Positions 1 to 8,380 of a stretch of 24,637 nt of DNA are shown in pieces. The DNA is from an uncultured archaeon (GTDB lineage Archaea > Asgardarchaeota > Lokiarchaeia > Sigyniarchaeales > SOKP01), in contig CAZGJX010000067.1 in NCBI GenBank assembly GCA_964525635.1, forward strand, positions 1 through 24,637. The letters run 5' to 3'. A program made the position numbers and the translations under genes. The stretch's first letter is position 1. Each line of letters opens with the position of its first letter. The notes beneath the pieces were generated by a model that did no database searches, was not told the origin of the DNA, and saw nothing but the letters and a program-made list of their open reading frames with translations.

Positions 1-194
1 TTGAATATTTAAAACGAGAAACTGCTTTAAATGATTTAGAAAAAATGTATGTTGAAGGTTCATATCTCAATATATTGATATTTGCTATAGAACAAAATGC
101 AGTTTTGATGATTGCTACATCCAAAAATGGTGGTCTTTCTAAAATTTTTCTTCACTGCAGAAAGGTATGCAAGAATATTGCTAAATTAATATAA
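1..194 (+). CDS. Roadblock/LC7 (MglB-like) domain protein, 3' part only (5' end lies outside the window)
   Basis: Not in the ORF track. My translation from nt 3 is EYLKRETALNDLEKMYVEGSYLNILIFAIEQNAVLMIATSKNGGLSKIFLHCRKVCKNIAKLI*, with TAA at 192-194. It matches the C-terminal half of Asgard Roadblock proteins (L-x-x-h-Y-V-x-G...NAVL-x-h-x-T...LG/S-x-IFL-x-C-R-x-x-C-x-x-I). Confidence 0.8.
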   Translation, partial: EYLKRETALNDLEKMYVEGSYLNILIFAIEQNAVLMIATSKNGGLSKIFLHCRKVCKNIAKLI

Positions 195-410
195 AAAATT
201 ATTTAACTGGTGTAAAATGCTAGAATATTTGAAAGAAAGATATAGACGAATAAAAATGAGTAATAAATAAATTATTAATTCTATTGAAAAAATTAATAGA
301 AAATTTAAAAATAACACAAAGACAAAAGTTATTTGATTTAACAAAGGAAGCAACCTGATTATCGAAGAATTTGGAAAATAAATTAAGGATTAACTAAGGA
401 TTAATTTAAA

Positions 411-1604
411 TTGACAGAACCTATTGAATTCAAGGTATGTATTTTTGGAAAACGAGGAGTTGGCAAATCAACTTTATTAAATGAATTTCTAAAAGATGAT
501 GAAAAAGCTACTTCAATAGAGAGCGAAGATAAAATAGGCGTAAATTTTCATAAAAGGGAAATTATTGTTGATGGGAATAAGATATCTTTACAACTATGGG
601 TTATTATTGATGATGGTCGATATAAAAAATTTCATCAAGGTTATTTTAAAGGTGCTGTAGGAGCAATTTTTATCTATGATATAACAGATAAATCTAGTAT
701 AGAAAAATTTGATTATTGGGTGTCAGAATTTAGAAAATCTAAAAAAAACAGAGAATTACCTATTTTATTAATTGGAAATAAGAGAGACCTTCTAACTAAC
801 GGACAATTTTCTAAAATAGATGTTTCTGATTTCATATTAAGGCAATCAATACCTCATTATATAGAATATTCAAATACGTTAGATAATAATGCGGTAAATG
901 TGTTTACTACTTTTTGCCAAGCAATACTACAAATTAAAACTGGGAAGAGTCAAATATTAGATATATTTGAAAATGATCTCAATTTAATCATTTTAAATTA
1001 CTTGAGAGTGAATAGAGAACTAAGTCTAGCAAAATTATCCAGAAGAACAGCAAAAAGTAAAGCTACGATGTCTCGTTATACCAGACGTTTAATCAATTTA
1101 GGTCTTATAGAATCACATGTTAAAGATCCAGAACGCCAATCAGGAACAATTAAGAGGAAATATTTCACATTGAAAAAGGATTTAAGATATAACATAGAAG
1201 ATATTGATTCTGATTTTTTTAAATTAGAATCTAAAGAGAACTTAGAAGATTTTTATCTCAGAAAATCATTTAATTTTAAAACTCTTAACTTAATAACAAG
1301 ATCCCTCAGTCAAGCTCTAGAGGGTATAGAAGTAGAGTTTAATCGTGAAAATCAATTACTTTTGGATGTCTATAAGAGACTTTTTGATAAAATATCCTAT
1401 AATGTTCATTTGCTCAGTGAAAATCAATATGAAAAATACAAATCTCTTTTAGTGGAATTTAACTCTAAATTTAATGATATTTTAAAAGATAATGATGGTT
1501 CAGAAAAACCCTATTTATTTGCAAATATGGTCTTCCCCCTTTTAGAATTAGTAAATTACAATGAAATCCTTGCCATGTTACTTAAACGCATTATGAAAAC
1601 GTGA
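411..1604 (+). CDS. Rab/Ras-like small GTPase domain (degenerate switch motifs) fused to a C-terminal ArsR-like winged-helix DNA-binding domain
   Basis: P-loop GKRGVGKS, Rab-like IGVNF, YFKGAVGAIFIYDIT and G4 GNKRD (aa about 1-175). G3 reads LWVIIDDG instead of WDTAG. A wHTH follows (LNLIILNYLRVNRELSLAKLSRRTAKSKATMSRYTRRLINLGLIESH...KYFTL). TTG start. Confidence 0.85.
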   Translation: MTEPIEFKVCIFGKRGVGKSTLLNEFLKDDEKATSIESEDKIGVNFHKREIIVDGNKISLQLWVIIDDGRYKKFHQGYFKGAVGAIFIYDITDKSSIEKFDYWVSEFRKSKKNRELPILLIGNKRDLLTNGQFSKIDVSDFILRQSIPHYIEYSNTLDNNAVNVFTTFCQAILQIKTGKSQILDIFENDLNLIILNYLRVNRELSLAKLSRRTAKSKATMSRYTRRLINLGLIESHVKDPERQSGTIKRKYFTLKKDLRYNIEDIDSDFFKLESKENLEDFYLRKSFNFKTLNLITRSLSQALEGIEVEFNRENQLLLDVYKRLFDKISYNVHLLSENQYEKYKSLLVEFNSKFNDILKDNDGSEKPYLFANMVFPLLELVNYNEILAMLLKRIMKT

Positions 1605-1783
1605 TCATGGGGGTAGAATAAATGATGTTCTCATTAGAGATTTTCTTTGTTTATCATCCTGAAAATTACCTAATATAAAAAATCTGTTTAAAAAAATCTC
1701 AAGATAAATAAATCTCAATGTTTTTTTTCCATACTTTAGTATTTTTAAATCCTAATAATATATTAAACAATATTTCTATTAAT

Positions 1784-2428
1784 ATGATGAATACTATGTC
1801 TATTAAACCAACAGTGGAAATTGATCCTGATGATGTTGTACGGTACTTATTATATCAGCAATTTTATTATGGAGAAGATCGTATTTATGGTCGTACCAAA
1901 AATCAATTTGAATATATTGAGGGTGCTGGTGAGGTAATTGAAAGTTTTTATTTACTTATAACTAAACCACTTAATTTAATTGATGAGGGTTATCCTGATC
2001 AATATTTAAAGTTCTTTAATGAAGATATACATATAATTCCAATAAAGGATATTATGGATAAATACAGAGATTACGAAAAGACTTTAGGTTCAGATATGAA
2101 CCGGCAAATGATCCTGACTGTGATAGTTGGGGAATCCCTAACTAAAATTCATACAACCTGTTTTAAATCCACTATTAATCAATTAATTGAATTTATTTTC
2201 GAAAAGAAATCATTAAATCTAAATGATCCAAATCAAAAGGCTGAGATTAAAAAAAAGATTGAATCACTTTATGGTAAAAGCAATCCTTTTATTGGAATGC
2301 TTTACAGTCTGAGCTTTATGAAATTTATCGCTGAAAAAGTTGGTGATCATAAAATTATAGTAAAATCTAGTAAATTACTGGAAAAATACTATAGGTTAAT
2401 ATTGGATGTGTTAAAAGATTTTCATTAA
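1784..2428 (+). CDS. Hypothetical alpha-helical protein; true start probably ATG 1784, 1787 or 1796 rather than 1718
   Basis: Long ORF with globular composition from MSIKPTVEIDPDDVVRYLLYQQFYYG onward. The track's first 22 codons read like AT-rich intergenic sequence. No motif recognised. Confidence 0.7.
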   Translation: MMNTMSIKPTVEIDPDDVVRYLLYQQFYYGEDRIYGRTKNQFEYIEGAGEVIESFYLLITKPLNLIDEGYPDQYLKFFNEDIHIIPIKDIMDKYRDYEKTLGSDMNRQMILTVIVGESLTKIHTTCFKSTINQLIEFIFEKKSLNLNDPNQKAEIKKKIESLYGKSNPFIGMLYSLSFMKFIAEKVGDHKIIVKSSKLLEKYYRLILDVLKDFH

Positions 2429-2706
2429 AACTTTTAGACCTAATCAATAATTCTGCTATTTCACAGATGATTCTGAAGCTGAAATCGATTCAATAATCTT
2501 TAAAGCTTTTCCATATCTTACTAAAATCAGTCCTGATGGTTCATTAGAATCAGAAAACTCATAATATCATATTTATATCTATAATAGATTATTAGTTGAA
2601 ATAATAAGAAAAATAAAAAATTCCAATTCTTTTCATAAATCTAATTTTTATTTAATATCGAAAAATATTTTTAAGAGTTAACTTTTATTTTAACTTAAGG
2701 ATTAAA

Positions 2707-3366
2707 ATGACAGTTATCGAAGATCAATATCAAAAAATTATAGAGAAATATCCTAACGCTTTACTTATAAATGATCTTATTTTCCACATTCAAATTCCCC
2801 TTCAAAATAATGTCTTTTTAGATATAGATTTTAAAAACTATCCAAAGACACCAAAAGTTAATCTTAAAAAAGTTGACGAAAAGAACTTTAAGAATTTGAA
2901 GATGATGTTATCTTCATTAAGGACGTGGAAAAAAACGGATCCTATCGATATAATTGATATAATAAATGAAGTTCAACTTTTAATTAAGAGTATGCAGATG
3001 AATGAAGTTTTAATTAAACGAGAGCTAATGCAAGGGATATTAGGAATGTGTAAGGATCAACATCCTCGAGAGATATTAGGAATGCTTAGGATGGAGAATG
3101 GTATAATTTCAGAATTTTTATTACCTCCGGGGGCTTTAAGAAGTAATAATAATGCATTGTTTAATCCATCAAGAATTCCATTGGATACCTCGATTGTGGG
3201 AACTGTACATTCACACCCTTCAGGTAATCCAATACCTTCAGGTGCGGATATTAACCTCTTCAAAAGAGGACATATTCACTTTATCATAGGTCATCCATAT
3301 GATTATTTTACAATAAAATGTTATGACCAAAATAGTAATCCATTTAATTTTAGGCTAGTTGAATAA
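2707..3366 (+). CDS. JAB1/MPN/Mov34 (JAMM) metalloprotease with an N-terminal E2/UEV-like domain
   Basis: Complete JAMM motif: HPREILG (Glu) ... GTVHSHPSGNPIPSGAD (H-x-H-x7-S-x2-D). The N-terminal 95 aa or so carry UBC-fold hallmarks (IDFKNYPKTPKV; LRTWKKTDPIDIIDIINEV) but contain no Cys. Confidence 0.88.
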   Translation: MTVIEDQYQKIIEKYPNALLINDLIFHIQIPLQNNVFLDIDFKNYPKTPKVNLKKVDEKNFKNLKMMLSSLRTWKKTDPIDIIDIINEVQLLIKSMQMNEVLIKRELMQGILGMCKDQHPREILGMLRMENGIISEFLLPPGALRSNNNALFNPSRIPLDTSIVGTVHSHPSGNPIPSGADINLFKRGHIHFIIGHPYDYFTIKCYDQNSNPFNFRLVE

Positions 3367-3406
3367 GTATTTTTCATTATATTCTTTTTTGTTGAAGAAA
3401 AAAAAA

Positions 3407-4273
3407 TTACTCTTTTTTTATTTCTTTTTCAATTTTCTTAAGAATTGGTATTTTTTTTGGTTCAATTAATTTTTCTTTATAGAAAAAGTAAGATTTATAA
3501 TTATCTAATCCTAAATATCGTTCTCTCTTAAAGATTCCAATCCTTTCAAAACCTAATGCTTTATGAAATTCTCGTGAAGCTCGATTTAAATAAGGCTCTT
3601 TTGCTACAAAAGCTACGAAGTTCCTGTCTGGAAATTTCTTAAATAAGTTTTCATAGATAAATTTTCCAATTCCCTTCCTTATTATCTCCTTTTTTACCGC
3701 TAATTGAGTAATATAAATAAATTGAAATCTTTCAAAATCTTCTTTATTTTTTTTATCAATCCAATTCCATTCAATACCACCTAAAATATCTTCTTCAATT
3801 TTTTCTTCAATTATAGCATACCCAAGGAATTCTTTATCCTCTCCCTTTGCTATAAAAAAAGATTTTTTATTATAACAGATTAAATCCAATAATTCATCAT
3901 AATCAAGACTATTTATTAGAAAACCAGCTTTATTATCATATTTATCTAAATAAGATTGATTAATTTCAATAATATTCTTGGCATCTTCTATATCCGCTTG
4001 AAGAAAATAGAATTTTTCACCCCTTATATGATTAAATCCAACTTGTCTTATCAATAAAAATGCGATAAGAATACTAAACGTTTGAATCCATTTATTTAAT
4101 TCAAGAAAACCATCAAACAATATGATATTTTCTAATAATAAACAAATTATAAAAGAGAATATGTAAATCAATATACAGATTATTTTCTCAAATAGATAGA
4201 TTATTGGCCTAAATAGAAAAATCTCCTTCCTGACGGGATTCATAAATATAATTTGAAACCCATATAAAATCAC
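3407..4273 (-). CDS. C-terminal part of a frameshift-split gene: two TM helices plus a GNAT-family N-acetyltransferase domain
   Basis: GNAT motif A YITQLAVKKEIIRKGIGKFIY and motif B NRASREFHKALGFERIG. Hydrophobic N-terminal helices. Overlaps the 4209-4589 ORF by 65 nt in a different frame. Confidence 0.8.
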   Translation of the reverse strand: MILYGFQIIFMNPVRKEIFLFRPIIYLFEKIICILIYIFSFIICLLLENIILFDGFLELNKWIQTFSILIAFLLIRQVGFNHIRGEKFYFLQADIEDAKNIIEINQSYLDKYDNKAGFLINSLDYDELLDLICYNKKSFFIAKGEDKEFLGYAIIEEKIEEDILGGIEWNWIDKKNKEDFERFQFIYITQLAVKKEIIRKGIGKFIYENLFKKFPDRNFVAFVAKEPYLNRASREFHKALGFERIGIFKRERYLGLDNYKSYFFYKEKLIEPKKIPILKKIEKEIKKE

Positions 4274-4589
4274 ATATACCTAGTATAAAAAATGCTAATG
4301 ATAAGTATAGAAGTTGATTATAAAACACATAAAAAAGTTCCATTGTAAATAAGATAATAAAATCAATGATTAATTCACGTTTAGTGCTATATACTTCTGT
4401 TGATATATATTCTGCCCAATCCCACCAATACATTAAAATTACATAGGTAATTATAAAAATTGTCAATATTTGAAGAACTGAACTTGGTTCAAATGCTTCC
4501 TGAAATAAAATACTTGCAATACCTAAACCAATAATAATACTATACATCTCATCAACAAATTGACCTATAAATTTTTTTTTTTTTGTCAT
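4209..4589 (-). CDS. N-terminal part of the same split gene: multi-pass membrane domain, weakly TMEM175/DUF1211-like
   Basis: About 4 hydrophobic helices. FVDEMYSIIIGL resembles the F-S-D-x-V-F-A-I motif, followed by YWW in the next helix. Removing one T from the minus-strand T5 run (plus-strand A5 at 4217-4221) fuses it in frame to the GNAT ORF. Confidence 0.65.
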   Translation of the reverse strand: MTKKKKFIGQFVDEMYSIIIGLGIASILFQEAFEPSSVLQILTIFIITYVILMYWWDWAEYISTEVYSTKRELIIDFIILFTMELFYVFYNQLLYLSLAFFILGICDFIWVSNYIYESRQEGDFSI

Positions 4590-4688
4590 TTAAATCATTT
4601 TAAATGTTTGATTGAATAAGTTTTAAATTTATATTCTTTATAATACTCATCTTTTTTATTATTATTTTATTTATAAATTTTAAAAAAC

Positions 4689-4746
4689 GATATAAGAATA
4701 TTAAACATCGCTGTAAGGGAATCCCTAAAAGATATAAGAATATTAA
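4689..4746. repeat. Perfect 16-bp direct repeat GATATAAGAATATTAA x2 (42-bp period) flanking the palindrome AGGGA-A-TCCCT; candidate operator in a divergent promoter region
   Basis: Copies at 4689-4704 and 4731-4746, palindrome at 4716-4726. Lies between divergent starts at 4589 (-) and 4907 (+). Confidence 0.6.
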
Positions 4747-4906
4747 CCTTTATTATGAATAAGTGAGATTATCATATTATATTAAAAATTATCTAAGCAA
4801 ATTACTATTTTATTACTTTTACCTTTTTTTCTTAAAAGTTATTTAAAATAAAAAAAATATCTTACTTTTTCTAAAATTTTTTAAAAAATATAATCTAAAT
4901 TCACAT

Positions 4907-5218
4907 ATGGAAAAGGTAAAAATTACTGTTATTAAGCGATTTAGTCCAGAAGATGTTTTCGGCAAATCAATGTATGAACCAAATGGTGAGATGATCCCTC
5001 CTTGTGATATCTTAAAGGATGGACAAGAATTTCTTATGGATAATGAAAATTTATTCAAACCTGAAGGATTTTGCGAATGGGCTTGGAAGGATATCCTACC
5101 ATTTATAACAACTTTAGCATGTGGGGGAAATTTCAAATGGTATCCTAAAGGGGTTGCTTATGGTGCTTGCAGTGACGGAATGAGGCCCGTTTGCTTTAAA
5201 CTTGAAGTGATTGAATAA
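4907..5218 (+). CDS. TIGR04076 family protein (small Cys-containing protein of anaerobes)
   Basis: Family signature: KVKITVIK...PC...GQEF...PEGFCEWAWKDI...LACGG...ACSDGMRPVCFKLE. Confidence 0.88.
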   Translation: MEKVKITVIKRFSPEDVFGKSMYEPNGEMIPPCDILKDGQEFLMDNENLFKPEGFCEWAWKDILPFITTLACGGNFKWYPKGVAYGACSDGMRPVCFKLEVIE

Positions 5219-5449
5219 TAATATATCTAGATTTTTTTAAACTATCTACAAATGTATTATAAAATCAAAAATTGAAGATGAGGACTTAATCTTTACAGAA
5301 TGTTTAAAGTAAAATCCTATCTCTTGAGATTAAATTAATAGCTAATTAATTTTATTTTTAACAAAGATTATTAATTAATATGAATCTTTATTTATATCAA
5401 TTAGATATTCAATTTTTATTAAATCGTTATAAATCTATTGGTGAATTTT

Positions 5450-5698
5450 ATGAAAATTATAATATCTCTCAAAGATGGATCAACATTTGAATTGAGTTCA
5501 CAAAGGATAAGATCAATCATAGTTGAGGAAAACATTATAAAAATAAGATATAAAAAAGAATTTATAATATTTGAGAATAATTTGCTAGAGTCTTTTACTA
5601 TTCACCAACTGAATAAATTTTTAGATAATCCCGGACAAATATCAAATGCAAATAATCTGATAATAATTCTTACCAATATTTTATACAACTCAAATTGA
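5450..5698 (+). CDS. Small hypothetical protein, paralogue 1 of a tandem pair
   Basis: ATG at 5450 (track start 5438 is TTG). Clear similarity to the next ORF (LKDGSTFEL/LNDGSKFEL; ENNLLESFT in both; ILTNILYNS/ILTNILHNS). Confidence 0.65.
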   Translation: MKIIISLKDGSTFELSSQRIRSIIVEENIIKIRYKKEFIIFENNLLESFTIHQLNKFLDNPGQISNANNLIIILTNILYNSN

Positions 5699-5742
5699 TA
5701 TCTTTAAAATATATTATGAAATAAGATTTCAAAGTGGAACTT

Positions 5743-6015
5743 ATGAGTGTAAATATAAATCTTAATGATGGATCTAAATTCGAATTACTAATTAAAAAGA
5801 TACAATTAATCTCTGTTGAGAAAAATAAATTAAAAATAAATTATGAAAGGAAAGAGATAATAATTGAGAATAATTTGCTCGAGTCTTTTACTTTTTTACG
5901 TCCTACACATATTAATGACTACAATTCATCATTTATTGCATATTCAAATATCTTAACAACAATTCTTACAAATATATTACATAATTCAAAAAAAAACATT
6001 CAAAAAGGATTATAA
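5743..6015 (+). CDS. Small hypothetical protein, paralogue 2 of a tandem pair
   Basis: ATG at 5743. Paralogy with the preceding ORF is preserved at the protein level, which supports coding status. Confidence 0.65.
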   Translation: MSVNINLNDGSKFELLIKKIQLISVEKNKLKINYERKEIIIENNLLESFTFLRPTHINDYNSSFIAYSNILTTILTNILHNSKKNIQKGL

Positions 6016-6158
6016 AGCTAAAATCTAAATTAATATAAGATAATCAAAATATGGCTTATTAATAGTTCCTAACAGTCAATAAATTATTTTTTGTATAAAT
6101 ATTACCTTAAACATTTTAAAATTAAATACCTCATCTAAAGATATAAGGTATAATTTGT

Positions 6159-6566
6159 ATGTATGACGCAGGACATTTCTGTTTATTAATTATTGCACAA
6201 GCTACATGGAAAGATCATTATAAAAAAGGACTTTATAAGACTTTATCCTCTAATTTTCTTTTAGAATTGAAACCTAGTAGTGAAGAAGAAGCTACTAAAA
6301 TATCATGGAATGAAGTATATGAAGAACCTTTCTTTGAACCACTACCTCAAAATTATGAATGTGATATTTGTTCGTTAATAAGTAAGGCTTTTAATGAGAA
6401 AAAAGGAATAAATGATGGAATGACACTTTTTTCCCATAATGTCCTTGATGCTATTGGCTTTAAATCTTTCTTTACACCTCTGATGAAAAATAATAAAATC
6501 AAAAAAATGCTCTACTTTGAATTGAATTTCTATGATGAGAAAGAATTTATGAAAAATAAAAAATAA
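6159..6566 (+). CDS. Hypothetical protein (135 aa)
   Basis: ATG-started ORF with protein-like composition and one CxxC (CDIC). No family recognised. Confidence 0.55.
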   Translation: MYDAGHFCLLIIAQATWKDHYKKGLYKTLSSNFLLELKPSSEEEATKISWNEVYEEPFFEPLPQNYECDICSLISKAFNEKKGINDGMTLFSHNVLDAIGFKSFFTPLMKNNKIKKMLYFELNFYDEKEFMKNKK

Positions 6567-6648
6567 AATAAATATTCTTATTTTGATATAACAATATTAA
6601 GATATCAAATTATAATGTAAGCAGATCGAATTCTAAAAGATCTCTAAG

Positions 6649-6912
6649 TTGATAATGAATAGTATTTCAAAGAATAATTTGTTTCTAATCAGGAAAGAAA
6701 AAATAAAAAAAGAAATTACATCTGCAAAAAAATTATTACAAAATAATATAGAACCATTAAAAGTAGCAGATGATTTTCTAAGTAATTCATTTAAGCTAAT
6801 TAAAGATAGTATTAGAAAAAGAAATCCAAACTTTTCAGAACAAGAATTATCTAATAAAATAAAATCAAATATAAATATGTTCCATAGGATTAAATCAGGA
6901 AGCAAATTTTAA
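6649..6912 (+). CDS. Small helical protein, possibly the partner (antitoxin-like) of a nucleotidyltransferase
   Basis: C-terminal IRKRNPNFSEQEL motif resembles small proteins I recall upstream of nucleotidyltransferase genes. A truncated ORF starts 5 nt after its stop. Confidence 0.5.
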   Translation: MIMNSISKNNLFLIRKEKIKKEITSAKKLLQNNIEPLKVADDFLSNSFKLIKDSIRKRNPNFSEQELSNKIKSNINMFHRIKSGSKF

Positions 6913-6917
6913 AAAAA

Positions 6918-7010
6918 ATGGTTGAATTAAAAAATATTGTAAAAAAAATTGAAAAAATATTCAAGTCTGTGAATTTAAAATATATTATCATAAATCAACT
7001 TAAGATCTAA
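6918..7010 (+). pseudogene. Probable truncated N-terminus of a nucleotidyltransferase (DUF6036/AbiEii-like)
   Basis: My translation is MVELKNIVKKIEKIFKSVNLKYIIINQLKI*. The helix plus 'l-x-Y-h-I-I' strand matches the NTase start that normally continues as GG-x-A, but the sequence breaks exactly there. Confidence 0.4.
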
Positions 7011-7050
7011 AACCCAATATTTATAAAATATCGAATAACTAATTTTATTT

Positions 7051-8004
7051 ATGAAATTAGATTTTAAAAAATTTGATATATTTTATATAATTGGTTTAGT
7101 TGCAACCACTATTTTTATGATATTTGAATTTATCTTTAATTTTATTAATTTAGATATAACTTTCTTATTTTTCTATTGGACAATGAAACTTCTTTCTGGT
7201 TTTGGACTAATCTTAACTGTTTCAAATGGAATATTATGGATTCTAAATCGTTTTACTGAAAAATTTAGTAAAAAAGAGATTCAGATTCTCATAATGTTTC
7301 AAGTGATAGTTCCAGGAATTTTTATAGGATATACTATTTATAGCATATTCTCAAACTTACAGCCCTCATCTTCAACAGTTATAGGCTATTGGTTCGATCT
7401 TATAATATTTCTCTATGGAATTCTTTCTTTAATGCTAACATTGTATATAATTCCATTAATTAGAGAGGAATTTCAGGAAGCTGTAGATAAAGGAATATTT
7501 AAGCGTATTAGTAGCGGAGCAAAAAAAATAGGAAGAAAAATGAAGAAAAGATACTTTAATTGGAGAGGAAACTACGCAAAAGTTCAAATTCAAGATCAAA
7601 TGACATTAGGAGAAATATTGGACATATGGAGAAATCGATTTGCAGTTTATTTACTTATCCCAATTGCTATAAGCTCTCTTGTATTTATCCCTATAACATT
7701 TATTTGTATTATATTTTGGTTAAAAATATTTGTAATTGATAAAAGTGAACCGAAAATTTATGAGAGAATTCTTTTGCTTATTTCTGTAATTTGGATAACT
7801 ATGATTGCATGTTTATCTTATAGCTTTAATCTTGTTTTCTATACATCAATTGAATCATATTTCTGGAGCATTCAAGTGTTTTATCTAGCGGGAATTCTTA
7901 TATCTACTATTATATTCATATACCGCTTTATTAAACTAAAAGGAATCACGATTAAAAAAATAAAAGATGAATTATTTGACAACAAAACTAAAAAGGATAC
8001 TTAA
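7051..8004 (+). CDS. Hypothetical polytopic membrane protein (about 7 TM) with a basic cytoplasmic loop
   Basis: Multiple 20-aa hydrophobic stretches separated by a Lys/Arg-rich loop (KRISSGAKKIGRKMKKRYF). Confidence 0.75.
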   Translation: MKLDFKKFDIFYIIGLVATTIFMIFEFIFNFINLDITFLFFYWTMKLLSGFGLILTVSNGILWILNRFTEKFSKKEIQILIMFQVIVPGIFIGYTIYSIFSNLQPSSSTVIGYWFDLIIFLYGILSLMLTLYIIPLIREEFQEAVDKGIFKRISSGAKKIGRKMKKRYFNWRGNYAKVQIQDQMTLGEILDIWRNRFAVYLLIPIAISSLVFIPITFICIIFWLKIFVIDKSEPKIYERILLLISVIWITMIACLSYSFNLVFYTSIESYFWSIQVFYLAGILISTIIFIYRFIKLKGITIKKIKDELFDNKTKKDT

Positions 8005-8380
8005 GAATAGAGTTTGCAGAGAATAAAATTAGAATGATTATTTATTCAATAATTATAACTAATAATTTTATAGAAGATATATTATGATTTTCCTTTCTTT
8101 TCCATCTATAAACAAATCTTTTTGTGTTAATATTTGATTTTAAAGGTTATAAACTTTAACCTTCTAATTATTTATATGCTACTGGTGATGTTTTTTAAAA
8201 TTTTTTTATAACCTATATAATAATCATTGAAAAATCCGAAAAATTATTTCCCTAATTGCTGTATTTTTTAATCCAAAGACAAATATATGCTGAATGTATA
8301 GTTAAAATAATTATTATTTTAATTGAATCTATAAAGTGGTTGTAAAATTATAAAAAATAAAAAAAAAGATTTAAAGTATT

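Noticed and set aside
2456-2563. Minus-strand open stretch YEFSDSNEPSGLILVRYGKALKIIESISASESSVK*, a possible gene remnant
   Set aside because: No in-frame start, too short, and no recognisable family.
3057-3263. 68-aa minus-strand ORF
   Set aside because: Antisense shadow of the JAMM gene, which has a complete catalytic motif.
4843-5136. 97-aa minus-strand ORF
   Set aside because: Antisense shadow of the TIGR04076 gene.
6633-6905. 90-aa hydrophobic minus-strand ORF
   Set aside because: Antisense to the Lys-rich 6649-6912 ORF. Its Phe/Leu richness is the expected mirror of A-rich codons.
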